From NCBI GenBank assembly GCA_000002435.2, contig CM018793.1: a DNA stretch of 64,000 nt, one strand, 5' to 3'. A program made the translations under genes and the position numbers. This document shows, piece by piece, positions 39,701 through 51,190 of this stretch. The notes below the pieces were generated by a model. That model had not been told where the DNA came from and made no database searches. It saw only the letters and a program-made list of their open reading frames with translations. The DNA comes from Giardia intestinalis. Taxonomy: Eukaryota. Position 1 is the stretch's first letter, and each line of letters starts with the position of its first letter.

Positions 39701-42600
39701 AGGTAAGATCATCGCTAGAGAGTCTAGTTATAGATCTGGATTGCAACGAGGACACTTGTAATGCCTTTCTGGCCTCCGAACATAGAAAGATTGCAAGGCC
39801 TATAAATAGATCGGAGGCTACTTTTTGATTTTGTGCATTTGTAGCGGCGTAATATTTATTGGGAGCCAGTCTCGTCTGAAGCTGGGGAAATTCACTTTCT
39901 CTCCATATACAGGCGAAGATCTATTGTAGAGGCATACTGTACAGGCCGGTACCAGTCGGCGTGGTTGCTGTCCACAAATGTCTCACTTGCGTCCTCCCAC
40001 AACAGATGAATCGCCAAAGTGTCTCTTGGATTGCGTGATGTCCTACAGTGCATCTCTGTTTCGGCCAAAGATTGGCGCACGCGTTGTGTAGTTTAGATTG
40101 CTCATCCCCATGAGGATGTAATCCGCTCTCATCCTCTGCTTGTCTATCTCGTACGACCACTGCTGATGACCTTTCCAGATCAGTGGGTGCCTTCATCGGT
40201 CCTGCAAAGGCACGCATCATGTAGGTGACTACTGCAGACCAGAGTTCTGTCTACCAAGGAAAAGGGTCAATCTGTTTACCGCGTAGGCATTCATTGTGTG
40301 CCCTATATAGTCCAGCAGGTCTTGTGCTCTTTAACATTTTCTCAGAGCCCTGTCTGGAGCCTGCATGCATATCGTTACTGACGAGCACTTTAGATTCACC
40401 TAGTCACCTAGGACGTCAAATCCCTTACGCTGCATAATGGGTATGCTCAGTGTGAGAGATACGTAGTCAGCATCAGCCTTCTCGGCTCATTGTCTGGGCA
40501 ATACTACTGCTGTTTCTCATCCAATCCGCTGGCGCGAGGACCCAGCTCATGGCTAGCAAACCGAGAAAGGCCATTCCGGGAGGTCTTCAAGCGCGCTAGT
40601 ACCTCGTTAGCGGGTAGCTAACAGTGACCGTGGCGCGTACTTCCACCAAGCCATGGCCTCCTTGAGCGGGGGTGTGAAATGGGGCCCTGTTATCCTGCGG
40701 CCCTGCTGATTCCCCGGACAGCAGGGATCGGAGCAGCCCAGCTAGCGCCTCTGGGTCTCCTTCTGTCCTCGTTGTCTGAGATGCGCTTGACTCTATAAAC
40801 TTGAAAAGGTACTGTACTGTGCTTGGGTCTGCGAGGCTCAACTAGGCAGGGCTACCCTCTTGGAGACTACGCTGAGGTACCACACATCCCGAGGAACCTG
40901 TATGGAGTACCACAGCCCAAGGGCACCTTTGTCTGTCGAATGCAAGTTGTAGTTATGGCTTCATAAGTGCAGCCTTTCTTAAAATAACTGATCAACTACA
41001 GAATTCGCCTACTCACCCAGAGCCACCTGATGGAGGATGATATCAGTCTCGTCAGTCGTCTACAACGTACACCAGTCGAGTCTTACAGATGAACAAGGGC
41101 TACCCAGTCCGCAGCACTAGACATTAGCAGATATCCTTCACGACAAGGGGGATAAGCGACTGGTAGACCAAAATAGTCGTCTGCCCATTGAAGATCTTCC
41201 AGTCACTGACCTAGGCCAGCTTCCTACAAGATTCTTGGCGAGTTGTATCAGAGACGCATGCTTATGGAACTCCCAACTCAAGGTGTATGCTGCTGGATCC
41301 CACCTTTCATACCAGTCTATGTATAGCGGTGCTCCGGCCTTTAGTGAAACTACCCTGGAGACCACATAAAATATAATGCCCCAGTCGGGTATTATCAGAC
41401 TCCTACAGCTATGCAATGAGGTCTGCTTTTCGCATTACGCATCAGAGAAGTATGTTGGGCTGTAGTGGTGCAATTCCTCGTATGGTATGGTTCGTGAGTC
41501 CAGAGATAAGATGCTTGTATCAATCGATCTGTTTACCTAGGGCCAACCATAAGTTGGACTAACGGTGACAATCAGACGCTGCTCGACTTCCTGACAGCAG
41601 ATAGAGATCCGACTACCCTAGTACCTTACCTGAGACCACAGGGACGCTGATTACGGGTCTGATTAATAGCTGGCGGAGCGACACGACAGGCCTAAGTTTT
41701 TTCTGCCGAAGTAGCCCACCACAAGAAACTCTTTGTCGTTCATACCAACAGATTCAGGCACTGCAAGCAATCGTGGTTCTACTACCGCTACAATGGACAG
41801 CACCAGGATGATCCAAAAGGGGTAATGGGAGTCCTGGTTTCTTAGCTTAGGAGACAACGCGGTTTGGGCAGTGCTTCCTCCTTGTCCAAATGTAGAAGTG
41901 TTGGCCTGCGTTTCCTGAGCTCCAATTGAGTCTTTGTCGTGCGGTGAGGTATCTTAAAATATCCATTACAAAAAGCGAAGAATAGCGCCGTCCACGCTCA
42001 ACAAACCAAAGCGTCTCACGGGCTAATCTACACCGATTCACATCTTCCATGGACCTTAGCGACCACCGTAACCTTCTGCTAGAATCTCACGGGAGCTCGT
42101 CTTTGAGTCCAGCTCTCCTACAACAGTCAGAAGCCGCAAACATAATCTGATGAAGGAGAATGCTGCAAGGACTGAGAAGAGAGTGCCGGTGAATGGGGGT
42201 TCGCAGGGACCCGATCCGCGCAGGGAAGGCGCAGGGGCCAACACCTCGGGGACACAAGGGCGTTAGGAGAGGAGCCAGCAGCAAATCTGTGGCACAGCGG
42301 GGACACTCAGGGCGTCCTTTCATTGTCTGAAGGGCAGGGGAGAAGCAGGTGTGTGAGGCGGTCCAGCAGATTATTTTTGAGTTTCTGCCTCCCTGCGTGC
42401 TGCACGAGGATGAATTTCCTTGGAGGCCGCTTGCCCAGGCCCAAAGGGTCCCTAGGGATGGCTTATACAATAGACACATTTACTACCCACTAATTTGCAT
42501 CTCTCAAACAAAGGTATCATAGGAGATGGACTCTTGAGATTATCTGATATAGTATGATCAGGTAGAGTGCTTTAGCTTTGGATATCTTATTCTTGTCCAT
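33800..42600. other. ~8.8 kb region with no ORF >130 codons on either strand and no recognisable protein motif
   Basis: The six-frame track shows only short ORFs at random-sequence density. GC is ~50%. No tandem repeats were seen. An AT-rich promoter for the VSP sits at its right edge. Confidence 0.6.
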
Positions 42601-42623
42601 ATAATAAGCTAAGAAGGGCTTCA

Positions 42624-44534
42624 ATGTTATTGGTAGCTTTCTACTTCGTGCTGAGCGCTCTTACGGCAGCTTGTCAATCGGATGCCCAAATTGCTAAATG
42701 TACGCAGTGTGTAAAAATAAGTACAAGTGATACTGAGATCTGTACAGAATGCAAAGCTGAAGGAGACGTTCCTATCAACGGAGTATGCACACCAAAGGGG
42801 GATGCTACTGTCACAACTGCTGGATGTAAGACTGATGCTGGAGCTGAAATAACAACAGAAAAGACATGTGGGCAATGCGACGGGGCTTACTTCCTCCATA
42901 AGAACGGATGCTATGCAATTGGCGGGGACGTTGGACGCCTTATTTGCGCCGATGCCGCAGCTGCTGGTCGTGTGTCATCAAAAACTCCTGGCGTTTGTGA
43001 GGGTTGCGTAGTTGGCTATTTTAAAAACCCAAGTGCAGCTAACAATAAGGACTCTTGTATTGCATGCAATGATGCAACTGGAGTTGTGGATGGTGGAAAT
43101 ACGTATAAAGGAATTCTGAACTGTGCTACGTGTCAGCCGCCAGCCAGTGCTGGTGCTGCTCGCCAAGACAAGGTTGCCGTATGTGAGTCATGTCTTGAGG
43201 GGTTCTTTGTTGACAGCAATGGGGCAGCATGCACAGCATGCCAGGACAATAACTGTGCTAAATGCGATGCAGGAGCAGGAAAATGCACGAAGTGCAAGGC
43301 AACCGCTAACAAGCCATATCTAAAAAAGGGCGAAACCGAGGACTCTAATACATGTGTTGATAAAAGTGGATGTAATGATAACTCCCACTTCACTGATGAT
43401 GCTGACGATCCTACTAATGGAAAAATGTGTAAGAAATGCTCAGAAGGGATAGCAGACTGCAAAACGTGTGCTTTGAAGGATAATCCTGAAGGTACAATTC
43501 TCATCACGTGCTCTGCTTGTATAGCAGGTACTAATCAACCCAACGCCGACGGAACGAAGTGTGTACTATGTGATATACAGGATTGTATAAAGTGTAATGA
43601 AGAGAATATGTGTGAAGAGTGTACTGGAGGTAAAAGCCTAAGCCCCTTAAAGAACATGTGTATGGAGGGCTGTCCTGCAGGAACTCGTGATGTCAGCGGG
43701 ATATGTACTAATTGCCATAATTCTTGTGCAGAATGTGATGGTGATAGTGAAGCCTCCTGTACAGCTTGTTATCCTGGGCTTGTATTGAGCAAAAGCAATA
43801 CTGGAGCCACCGGCACATGCATCCCAGAGTGCACGGGAAGGTACGCAGAGAACTGCGAGGCTGGCCAGTGCACGGCCGTCGTTGGGGGCTCGAAGTACTG
43901 CAGCAGGTGCAAGGCAGGGTTCGCCCCGGTGGACGGCGTCTGTGTGTCGACAACGACAAGGGCAGTAACTGGATGCATGCCAAATGATAACAATGATGGA
44001 ACATGCAAAGCGTGTACAACCACATACTTCTTGCAATCTGGCGGATGCTATCAGTCGGCTGCATACCCAGGCAGCAACCTATGTAGCAATGCTCAGAATG
44101 GAAAATGTACGAATTGTGCTAATGGACAACAACCAGAAGCTAGCACTGGATCTTGTCCAGCATGTGCATCTGGTTGTAAAACATGTGAGGTAGCAAACAA
44201 GGAGGCATGCAAAACGTGCCTTCCGGGATACTATCTTGCCGGAGCAAAATGTGTGAAGTGCGACACCAATGATCCCAATGATGGTAGCCATATTGTTGGT
44301 GTCCCAAATTGCGTAAGCTGTGCCCCTCCAACTGGTGGCAATGGCGGTCCTGTCACCTGCTACGTCAAGACAGATGTCACTAACGATGGTGGTAACGATA
44401 ACAACGGCGGGAACACGAACAAGAGCGGCCTTAGCACAGGCGCCATAGCGGGGATCTCCGTCGCTGTCATCGTTGTTGTCGGCGGCCTCGTCGGCTTCCT
44501 CTGCTGGTGGTTCATCTGCAGGGGCAAGGCGTAG
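42624..44534 (+). CDS. Variant-specific surface protein (VSP)
   Basis: Signal peptide MLLVAFYFVLSALTAAC; >10% Cys, mostly as CXXC; GGCY motif (LQSGGCYQS); C-terminal TM GISVAVIVVVGGLVGFLCWWFI plus invariant CRGKA tail; AGTAAAC 13 nt after the stop. Confidence 0.95.
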   Translation: MLLVAFYFVLSALTAACQSDAQIAKCTQCVKISTSDTEICTECKAEGDVPINGVCTPKGDATVTTAGCKTDAGAEITTEKTCGQCDGAYFLHKNGCYAIGGDVGRLICADAAAAGRVSSKTPGVCEGCVVGYFKNPSAANNKDSCIACNDATGVVDGGNTYKGILNCATCQPPASAGAARQDKVAVCESCLEGFFVDSNGAACTACQDNNCAKCDAGAGKCTKCKATANKPYLKKGETEDSNTCVDKSGCNDNSHFTDDADDPTNGKMCKKCSEGIADCKTCALKDNPEGTILITCSACIAGTNQPNADGTKCVLCDIQDCIKCNEENMCEECTGGKSLSPLKNMCMEGCPAGTRDVSGICTNCHNSCAECDGDSEASCTACYPGLVLSKSNTGATGTCIPECTGRYAENCEAGQCTAVVGGSKYCSRCKAGFAPVDGVCVSTTTRAVTGCMPNDNNDGTCKACTTTYFLQSGGCYQSAAYPGSNLCSNAQNGKCTNCANGQQPEASTGSCPACASGCKTCEVANKEACKTCLPGYYLAGAKCVKCDTNDPNDGSHIVGVPNCVSCAPPTGGNGGPVTCYVKTDVTNDGGNDNNGGNTNKSGLSTGAIAGISVAVIVVVGGLVGFLCWWFICRGKA

Positions 44535-44546
44535 ATGTACTTAGGT

Positions 44547-44553
44547 AGTAAAC
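44547..44553 (+). terminator. Poly(A) signal AGTAAAC downstream of the VSP
   Basis: Exact AGTRAAY match. Confidence 0.55.
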
Positions 44554-44829
44554 GCGTTGCTGTATATGGATTATGTAGATTATGCTACTAGGCCCCGGCT
44601 GCTGGTGCGTCCAGACGTCCCACGGGTAAGCCTCACCCATGTCCTGGCCGTCTGGAGACGAGGGCTGGTTGTGGATAACATGCTAGGGATTCCTCTCTAT
44701 TAGCGCATCCAGAGCTTGGTGCGCCCCTCTGCCACTTCGCGGGCATGTACTCGATTTGAGTGTGCGCGTCCAGGGCCCTGGCCTTTTCGCAGACTCTCTG
44801 CTCTACCCGTGGCGCCTCTCCTTGGTCTG

Positions 44830-45100
44830 CCGTCCTGGTGGGTGAAGCTCGGGTCGCTGTCTTTTTTAGATGCCCCGTCTGTCGGGGGCTGCCACCAGGC
44901 TCTCTCACTGGCTGGGCCCCTCGGTGTCCGTCCGGCTGTGTCCCGGGCAACGCTCCCACAGTCCAGTCACCTAGGTCTCACAGTGGGCCGGCTGGTGGGT
45001 GAGGCGGGGTTGGTGGGGCGGTGAGGCCGGAGGGGACCGGGGGCGGTGTCTCTATGTGCCCCTGGGTCCGGTGGACCATTGAGGTGGTGGGTGATCCCCA
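44830..45100. repeat. Left arm of a long degenerate inverted repeat (pairs with 46620..46905)
   Basis: The reverse complement of the right arm aligns at ~80-85% (e.g. ggccggctggtgggtgaggcggggttggtggggcggtgaggccggagggg vs ...gaggcagggttggtggggcggtgaggccggagggg). Both arms give short ORFs ending GRLVGEAGLVGR, on opposite strands. Confidence 0.75.
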
Positions 45101-46619
45101 CTCTGTTTGCCAAGGTGGTTGTGTCTGATCTCCAGCCTTCGTTGCACTCCCGAGACAGAGGCACCGACGATCGTGTCGTGTCCCTTGACTGAGTGCCTCC
45201 CTTGGCCCCTGCATGTCTCAAGTAGTACTGCTGCTCTGTCTGGCTGGTGCGTGAGGGGTGAGGCAGACCATCGCAGCCCATCTTGATGCTCTGTGCGGGT
45301 CTGCTGAGCCTCCTGGCATGCCCTGTCCAGTGCCTCGACGGTAGTTCACCTCGGGCCAGCAGGGGTATGGACAACCCTGTGGATGGGATGGGGTTCTGTC
45401 ATGCCTCTAGTGTGATGGCCCAGAAGACTGGCACGGTGGGGCACTGGTGGCTGCACTGTCCCCGTGGCCAGCTGTGCTGCTCCTGGTAGATCCTTGTTGT
45501 GGAGCGCTGTGTGTTGTTCATAGGCAGGGGTGAGTCCTCCTTGGTCTCAGGATGCTCTACCATCAGAGAGGAGTACGCTGAGGGTCACCCAACATCACCT
45601 GCTGTGCCCTCGGGAGCTCCCGATGTGATCTATCAGGACCTTGACACCTCCTCGTGGCTCTGATGACCCCTCGGGGAGAGCCGGGGCACCCTATACTGAG
45701 GGGTGTGCACCCTCCTGCACGAGCCGGGTCACCCACTGCACTGCCCCCAAGGAGGTCTGCTATGAGAGGCAGTGGGATGATTGACAGCCCCTCAGAGTGC
45801 AGTGGAGGGTGCTCGTGGTCGTCTCTGTGACCGGGCATCACTCTGATGGTCGGCTCTGTGCCTTTGTGGTGCTCAGAGGTCACCTGTCCTCCATAGCCTG
45901 CCGGACAGCCGGGCCTCTTGTGGCATCCAAAGGCCTCCTCGCTCCTCTGGCTGCTGCCCCCTCGGGTCATCGGTGGAAGTAGTCGAGGCCAGCGGAGTCT
46001 TCGGTGGGTCGTGCCTGCCTGGGTGTCATGGGGGGCTGGCAGCTGTCAGGGCTCTGCCACTGCTCGCCTGCCTGGAGTGTGCCTCCCTTGGGCCTGCTGT
46101 GCTGTAGTGTTTGAGTCCTCTGGCTTCCTATCAGGCCCTTGGTTGTGAGGGTGACTTCACCTGGCCCTCTGATGCCCCTGTGGATGAGCACAGTAATGTG
46201 TCTGGCCGGGGATCTCTGGTGCCCGTGTCTGTCACTGCCTCTCGGGTGCTCGGGTGGTTGCCTGGGGCTCTCGTACGGGGCACAGTCAGCGTGTCCCGAG
46301 CAGACTCCAGTCCTCTCTGGGTCATGCACAGTCTGTCCGTGTGTGGATGGTCCTCCTGCACTCAGGTCCATCTGTGTGCACTGTCACTCAGTCTCGAGAG
46401 CAGACCAGTGCAGTCACCAGGGCTGCTGTCAGAGGGAGTCGTCTGCCACTACATCGCTCGAGCAGACCCTACAGCTCAGGCTGGCTGCTGTGCACCCTCA
46501 TGGTAGGGCTGCCTGACTCCCTTGGTCATCCTCTCTGTCCCGGTGTGCACGGCTCCTGAGGCGTTGTCTGGGTGGAGGCACTCACAGACCACGAGCCCAC
46601 AGAGGGGTGAGTCACAGAT

Positions 46620-46905
46620 GGATAGCCCCCAGTCACCACAGCTATGATCACCCCAGTCCACCGGATCCAGGGCACATACGAACACCGCCCCACCCGGTCC
46701 CCACCAGGAGCCCCTCCGGCCTCACCGCCCCACCAACCCTGCCTCACCCACCAGCCGGCCCGCCATGAGATCCAGGTGACCGCGACTGTAGAGCGCTGAC
46801 CCAGAACCACAGCCAGACGGACATCGAGGGGCCCAGCCAGTGGAGCTGGAGAGGTGGCGAGAGAAGATCTGCTTACTCACAGGGGAAGCAGCGACCGAGA
46901 ACAAA
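46620..46905. repeat. Right arm of the inverted repeat. The ~1.5 kb between the arms is GC-rich and stop-poor in all six frames.
   Basis: See the left-arm entry. The spacer 45100..46620 carries overlapping ORFs in every frame but no protein motif. Confidence 0.75.
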
Positions 46906-47571
46906 TAACGATGCCCCTTATAGCGAGCCAGAGACCTAATAGCTGCTGTCGTCGAGACAAGTGAAAGCATTGTTAAAAAGATAGTAGCAACCCATATCTA
47001 TCATCCACCATGAAGAAAGACCATGAAGCGAGGCACTACTCATAGACTACATGTGCTGGTGAGTAAGCTGAATCCAAGGCTGAGCGACGCCCACACATAG
47101 TCTGAGCACACACCCACAGAGCGACCGGGGAAGGTGCCAGGTTTTAGATACACTAATAGAGGGGACCCTCTAGTATGTTGTCTACAACCAGCCCTCGTCT
47201 CCGGATTGGCCAGGAATTGAGCGAGAATTTACTCGTGAGACTTCTGGACCGCGTGAGGCGAGGCTCCAGCAGCACAGTACCTATTTTGCTGCACAGGAGC
47301 TCACACTGGCACAAGATGGCTCCGTGCACTCAGATTGATGGACAGAAGGGGTCAATTCGTAAGATCTGTCTCACTAAGGGCGCTTTGGTTGCAATCCCAC
47401 GACTTCAGAGGCTTCTGTGCTGATTGGGATTGGGTAATGATGCGCGAGGAAAAGCGTTCGACCAGGAGGTAGCAAGGCTGAGGCTCACCGAATCCATGAT
47501 TGTTATCTACCCACAGATTCTGCGAAAATTGGACCCAGTACAGTAATTGTTAGTTTGGCGTAATAGAAAGC

Positions 47572-50190
47572 GTGAATCTAATTGCGCATGACATGGTCAG
47601 TGAAAGTCCCACTCGTGCTGCAGAGAGCGCTGGCAGTGGCCTCGATAGCATCCCCATGTTCAGTCCCGAAGGGCTGTATCAGCGCGAAGGCGAGCTGCTA
47701 GGTAAAGGGGGCTTCGGTGCCGTTCGCGCCATCGATGGGTGTCCAGGCCTTTCTGTGAAGGAGAGGATGATCAAGCGTAGTGAGAAGAAGCTCACAGAGT
47801 GCGAACTGAAAACTGTTACGAGACTCTCCCAGCCTGGCGTCATCAAGTATCACCAGGTGATCAGGAGCAACGACCCATCTTTGTCATCATGGACCGCCAC
47901 CACGGGGATCTCCAGAAATTTATCACTGCCTACAGGGCAGCTCGTAAACCCAGTCCCAAGGGGCTGATGTTCCCTCTCCTAGAGCAGATGGCTGACGCCC
48001 TCGCCTACCTCCACAACCCTCGCAAGGTGGCCGAAGACGGGAGCTTATCTTACAGCCTCGTCTACGGGGACCTCGGGCCCGCCAACTCTGATGAATAGGG
48101 ACGGCTAGCGCATCGTGCTCGCAGACTTTGGGCTCTGCAAGGACTCTCTGCATAGTGGAGGCACCTTTGCAGGAACGTCGGCATACATAGCCCCCGAGAC
48201 CTTCATACGAGACGAGCACCGCTTCGGATATCTGAGCCTCCGGAGTCGTCATGTATGAGCTTGCCGAGCTTCTCACACTTTGGGAGCCAGAGGATGCGAA
48301 AGCAGTCTTTGACAATGAGTGGAGGCCTGATTTGGGCGCCATCACAGATGAATTTGTAAGAACTGTCATCGAGAAGATATTATCCTGGACCCGGCAGAGC
48401 AGCTCACGACCAGAAAGATCATTGGCTTTTTCCAAACACTCAATAGCCCTGCAATTAAAGCGGAGGATCAACATAAGGAATCCGAACATCTTGCAGAACG
48501 CTCCACTCCGACAAATGTTACGGTTTCTTTAACTTCTTCTACGTCCATGAACATGTCTAAGCCCCCGCTTGTATATCCTTTCAGTGGTACAAGTGTTGAA
48601 GCTGCTGAAGAACACCTTACTGAGGAAGACAGTGGTATCGACCCTATTCATTGAAGAATAGAGGCTCCTTTTGTTACAGACGGGGGCGCATACAGCAAGA
48701 AGTATATGGCTCTTGCGCGGAGCATCCCAGCTCTGACTCCCTTCATTATGCGCGTGTCGTTATTCTTGACCAGTCATATAGCAGGTCAACCCTCTTCAAC
48801 GACCTCTTTGGAACATGCCTCAAGGCGTTGGACGAAGATGACGACTGACAAAAGACGACCAAGGGGCTTACAGCGGGATTCATCCCAGGTGCAGGATCCT
48901 ATCCGACCATACTACTACTCTATTGTAAGGGGTCCGAGAGCAAAGAGCGTGCCACAGAAAATGATCAGAATATTGAACGCTGTATAGGCGCTTTCGCATC
49001 TGCCATTGCCGACATTCTTATTGTTCATATTTTGCAGACAGATGTTAGTCGTGTAGAAGGATTCTGCGCCAATCTCCTCAAATCGATCTTCTCAGTCTAC
49101 TTCCAGCCCCGCAACGACGTCAAAATATATATCACAAACTTAGGCTGTTCATCGATATCCATCGGTGTAATGGAAAGGGAGAAGATCACATGAAGGAAGC
49201 ACTTAACAATGATATCAAAGGAATATATGAGAACTCAGTCCCTTCCAAATTGCGTAATAGCTTCCGTCGTTACATCGACTTCAGCTTCTGGTTCATTCGG
49301 GACACGTCCTGTGAGGACAAGAATGGTAACCAGGATGAATCGGACCTTTACAAACAACAAATAGAAGGTATCCGCAGAGACATACAGACACTTGTTGCCG
49401 AAGTCATCAATCAACTTGCTTCGAGTGAACGCTTGTTCCTCACCCTTGCTGATTCTGCTGAATTCTATAGGAAAATTTGGGACACAGTTTGCAACAATGA
49501 GAATTTTGATGCTCCTTTCATACAGATGGTCTTTCTAACAAAAATGCTAGATGACAATGGTGTTACTTCACTTATGAAAGTGGCTATGAAAGGTGACATA
49601 AACTCTGTGAGACTGCTGATACCAAGCCAGAAGGAACTGAAGGATAGGAAAAATCACAATGCTCTGTACTATTCTCTTAAAAATGGACATCTAGAAGTTG
49701 CTGAGATGCTTATATCTTATGAGGACCCAACAGATGATGATGGTATGACAGCACTTATGCGGGCTGTTATTAGGGGGGCGCAAAGCTAGTAGAGCTGCTT
49801 ATACCAGCTCATAATGGAATGAAGGACAAGGCTGGAAACACGGTGTTCATGCATGATCTTAAGAACAAGCACACAAGCATAGCTCTGCTTCTCCACAAAC
49901 ACGGGGCCTCATCCTAGACCCCAGTCATGTGCGCTTCCTTCGCCGGCGATACTGAAAGAGTTAAGAAGAACCTTTCTGATAAAGACAAGAAGAATGATGA
50001 TGGTGAGACTGCTCTCATGTTGGCAGCAGAAAATAACAGAAGACATACTCTTTTTTACCAAAGTCAACTTGCTAGTTGTTGTCTGAGTAAATATCCCTGC
50101 AAACCACCATTGCTCTGGGCAGATGGGCTTCTCACTTACTCTTGGGCAAAGTCCAAAATCCGAAATTCGGATGCCATCCAATCCTAAAGA
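47572..50190 (+). pseudogene. NEK-type protein kinase with C-terminal ankyrin repeats (Giardia NEK / protein 21.1 architecture), disrupted by at least 4 frameshifts and an in-frame TGA at a conserved Trp codon
   Basis: Kinase subdomains are spread over three frames: LGKGGFGAV (frame of 47572); IFVIMD...GDLQKF then a degenerate catalytic loop LVYGDLGPAN (47799); IVLADFGLCK...GTSAYIAPE then DI*ASGVVMYELA near 48230 (expected DIWSLGVVMYEL, TGG to TGA); MYELAELLTLWEP (48251). Ankyrin repeats sit in three further frames (49190..49789, ~49794..49915, 49927..50187). Confidence 0.6.
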
Positions 50191-50824
50191 AAAGAAGAAC
50201 TTTATGTTCATCCCTCCGGGAGCTGCTACTGTTCTTCGCGGTGCTTTTTGAGGATTCCTCCCTTCCCTTGGCCAACTACTGTCTGACGCTTGAGTGGGCA
50301 CCTGCTGTCTCGGGCCTTGCGTCGGTCACTGCGATCTGGCCCCCACAGAATCCAGGGCTCTGGTCTTCCGTGACGAAGATCGCGCCCCACGACCCCGGGT
50401 GTCCACCCCGTTCCTCGGGGTGCCTCTTCGTCTCCTCGTGGAGGGCACTATCTGTTCCATTATCAAGGGTGCGCTCCCCATGCACCTCTATCTTGGAGTC
50501 ATAGTACGCGTTCGTGGATGCCAGTGGACAGCTCCCATGCGTTGTGTCGGGGGAGAAGTATGGCCCTCCTATTCATGGATTGCGGTGCGCTCTTGCAGGT
50601 GCTCCGTCACCCAGCACGAGACCGTGTCGACGCTCACCTTGTGCAGCGTGTTTGGCTCAGTGACGTGTGGGCTGGTCCATCTGCACTGCACAGCACACCT
50701 GGGGGAATGATTCGGTCTGTCGAGGCGTCGGTCCAGGGCCACCTCTCTGAAGGGTGTCATCCGAAGCATCAGAAGCGATCAGGACCAGTTCATCGAGGTC
50801 GTCTCTCTCTACAACCGGCGCCCG

Positions 50825-51190
50825 TCTACTCGAGGGTGTCAGGCACTGCCAGCTGCTGCAGCAGACCCCAGGCAGGTGGCCCAGACCACCACTCTTCGGT
50901 ACGGTCAGGATCAATCCGCCTCTGTCAGCCAAGCACTCCAGGGCTCCCATCTCTTGCCGAGGGATTCACATAGGTCACGTGTGGGTCCATCTCGACTAGC
51001 GGGCGATGATCCTGGCCAGCGTTGGCCTAGTGCGGCGAGTGATCGGCGCATCCATCACCAGTTTCAGGCCCTCTATTGCCTTGGAGAAAGCACAAGGCTC
51101 TTCTACCAGGAGTGGACGACATCTGATTTTCAAATTTCAGACTCTAGATTTGGATCCCCGTTGATGAACGAGCAAGAGACACACCTACCT
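50825..51190 (+). repeat. Direct repeat copy B (pairs with 33450..33790)
   Basis: Same orientation as copy A; identical core cccatctcttgccgagggattcacataggtcacgtg; the similarity is patchy, with indels. Confidence 0.7.

Noticed and set aside
45050-46650. rDNA or telomere-associated repeat hypothesis for the GC-rich spacer
   Set aside because: GC content (~60-62%) is well below Giardia rDNA (~75%). There are no SSU/LSU signature stretches and no TAGGG telomeric repeats. It is instead flanked by inverted repeats.
48651-48987. ORFs 48651..48848 and 48706..48987 as separate small genes
   Set aside because: They lie in the linker between the disrupted kinase domain and its ankyrin tail and have no motifs. 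They are most simply part of the same pseudogene.
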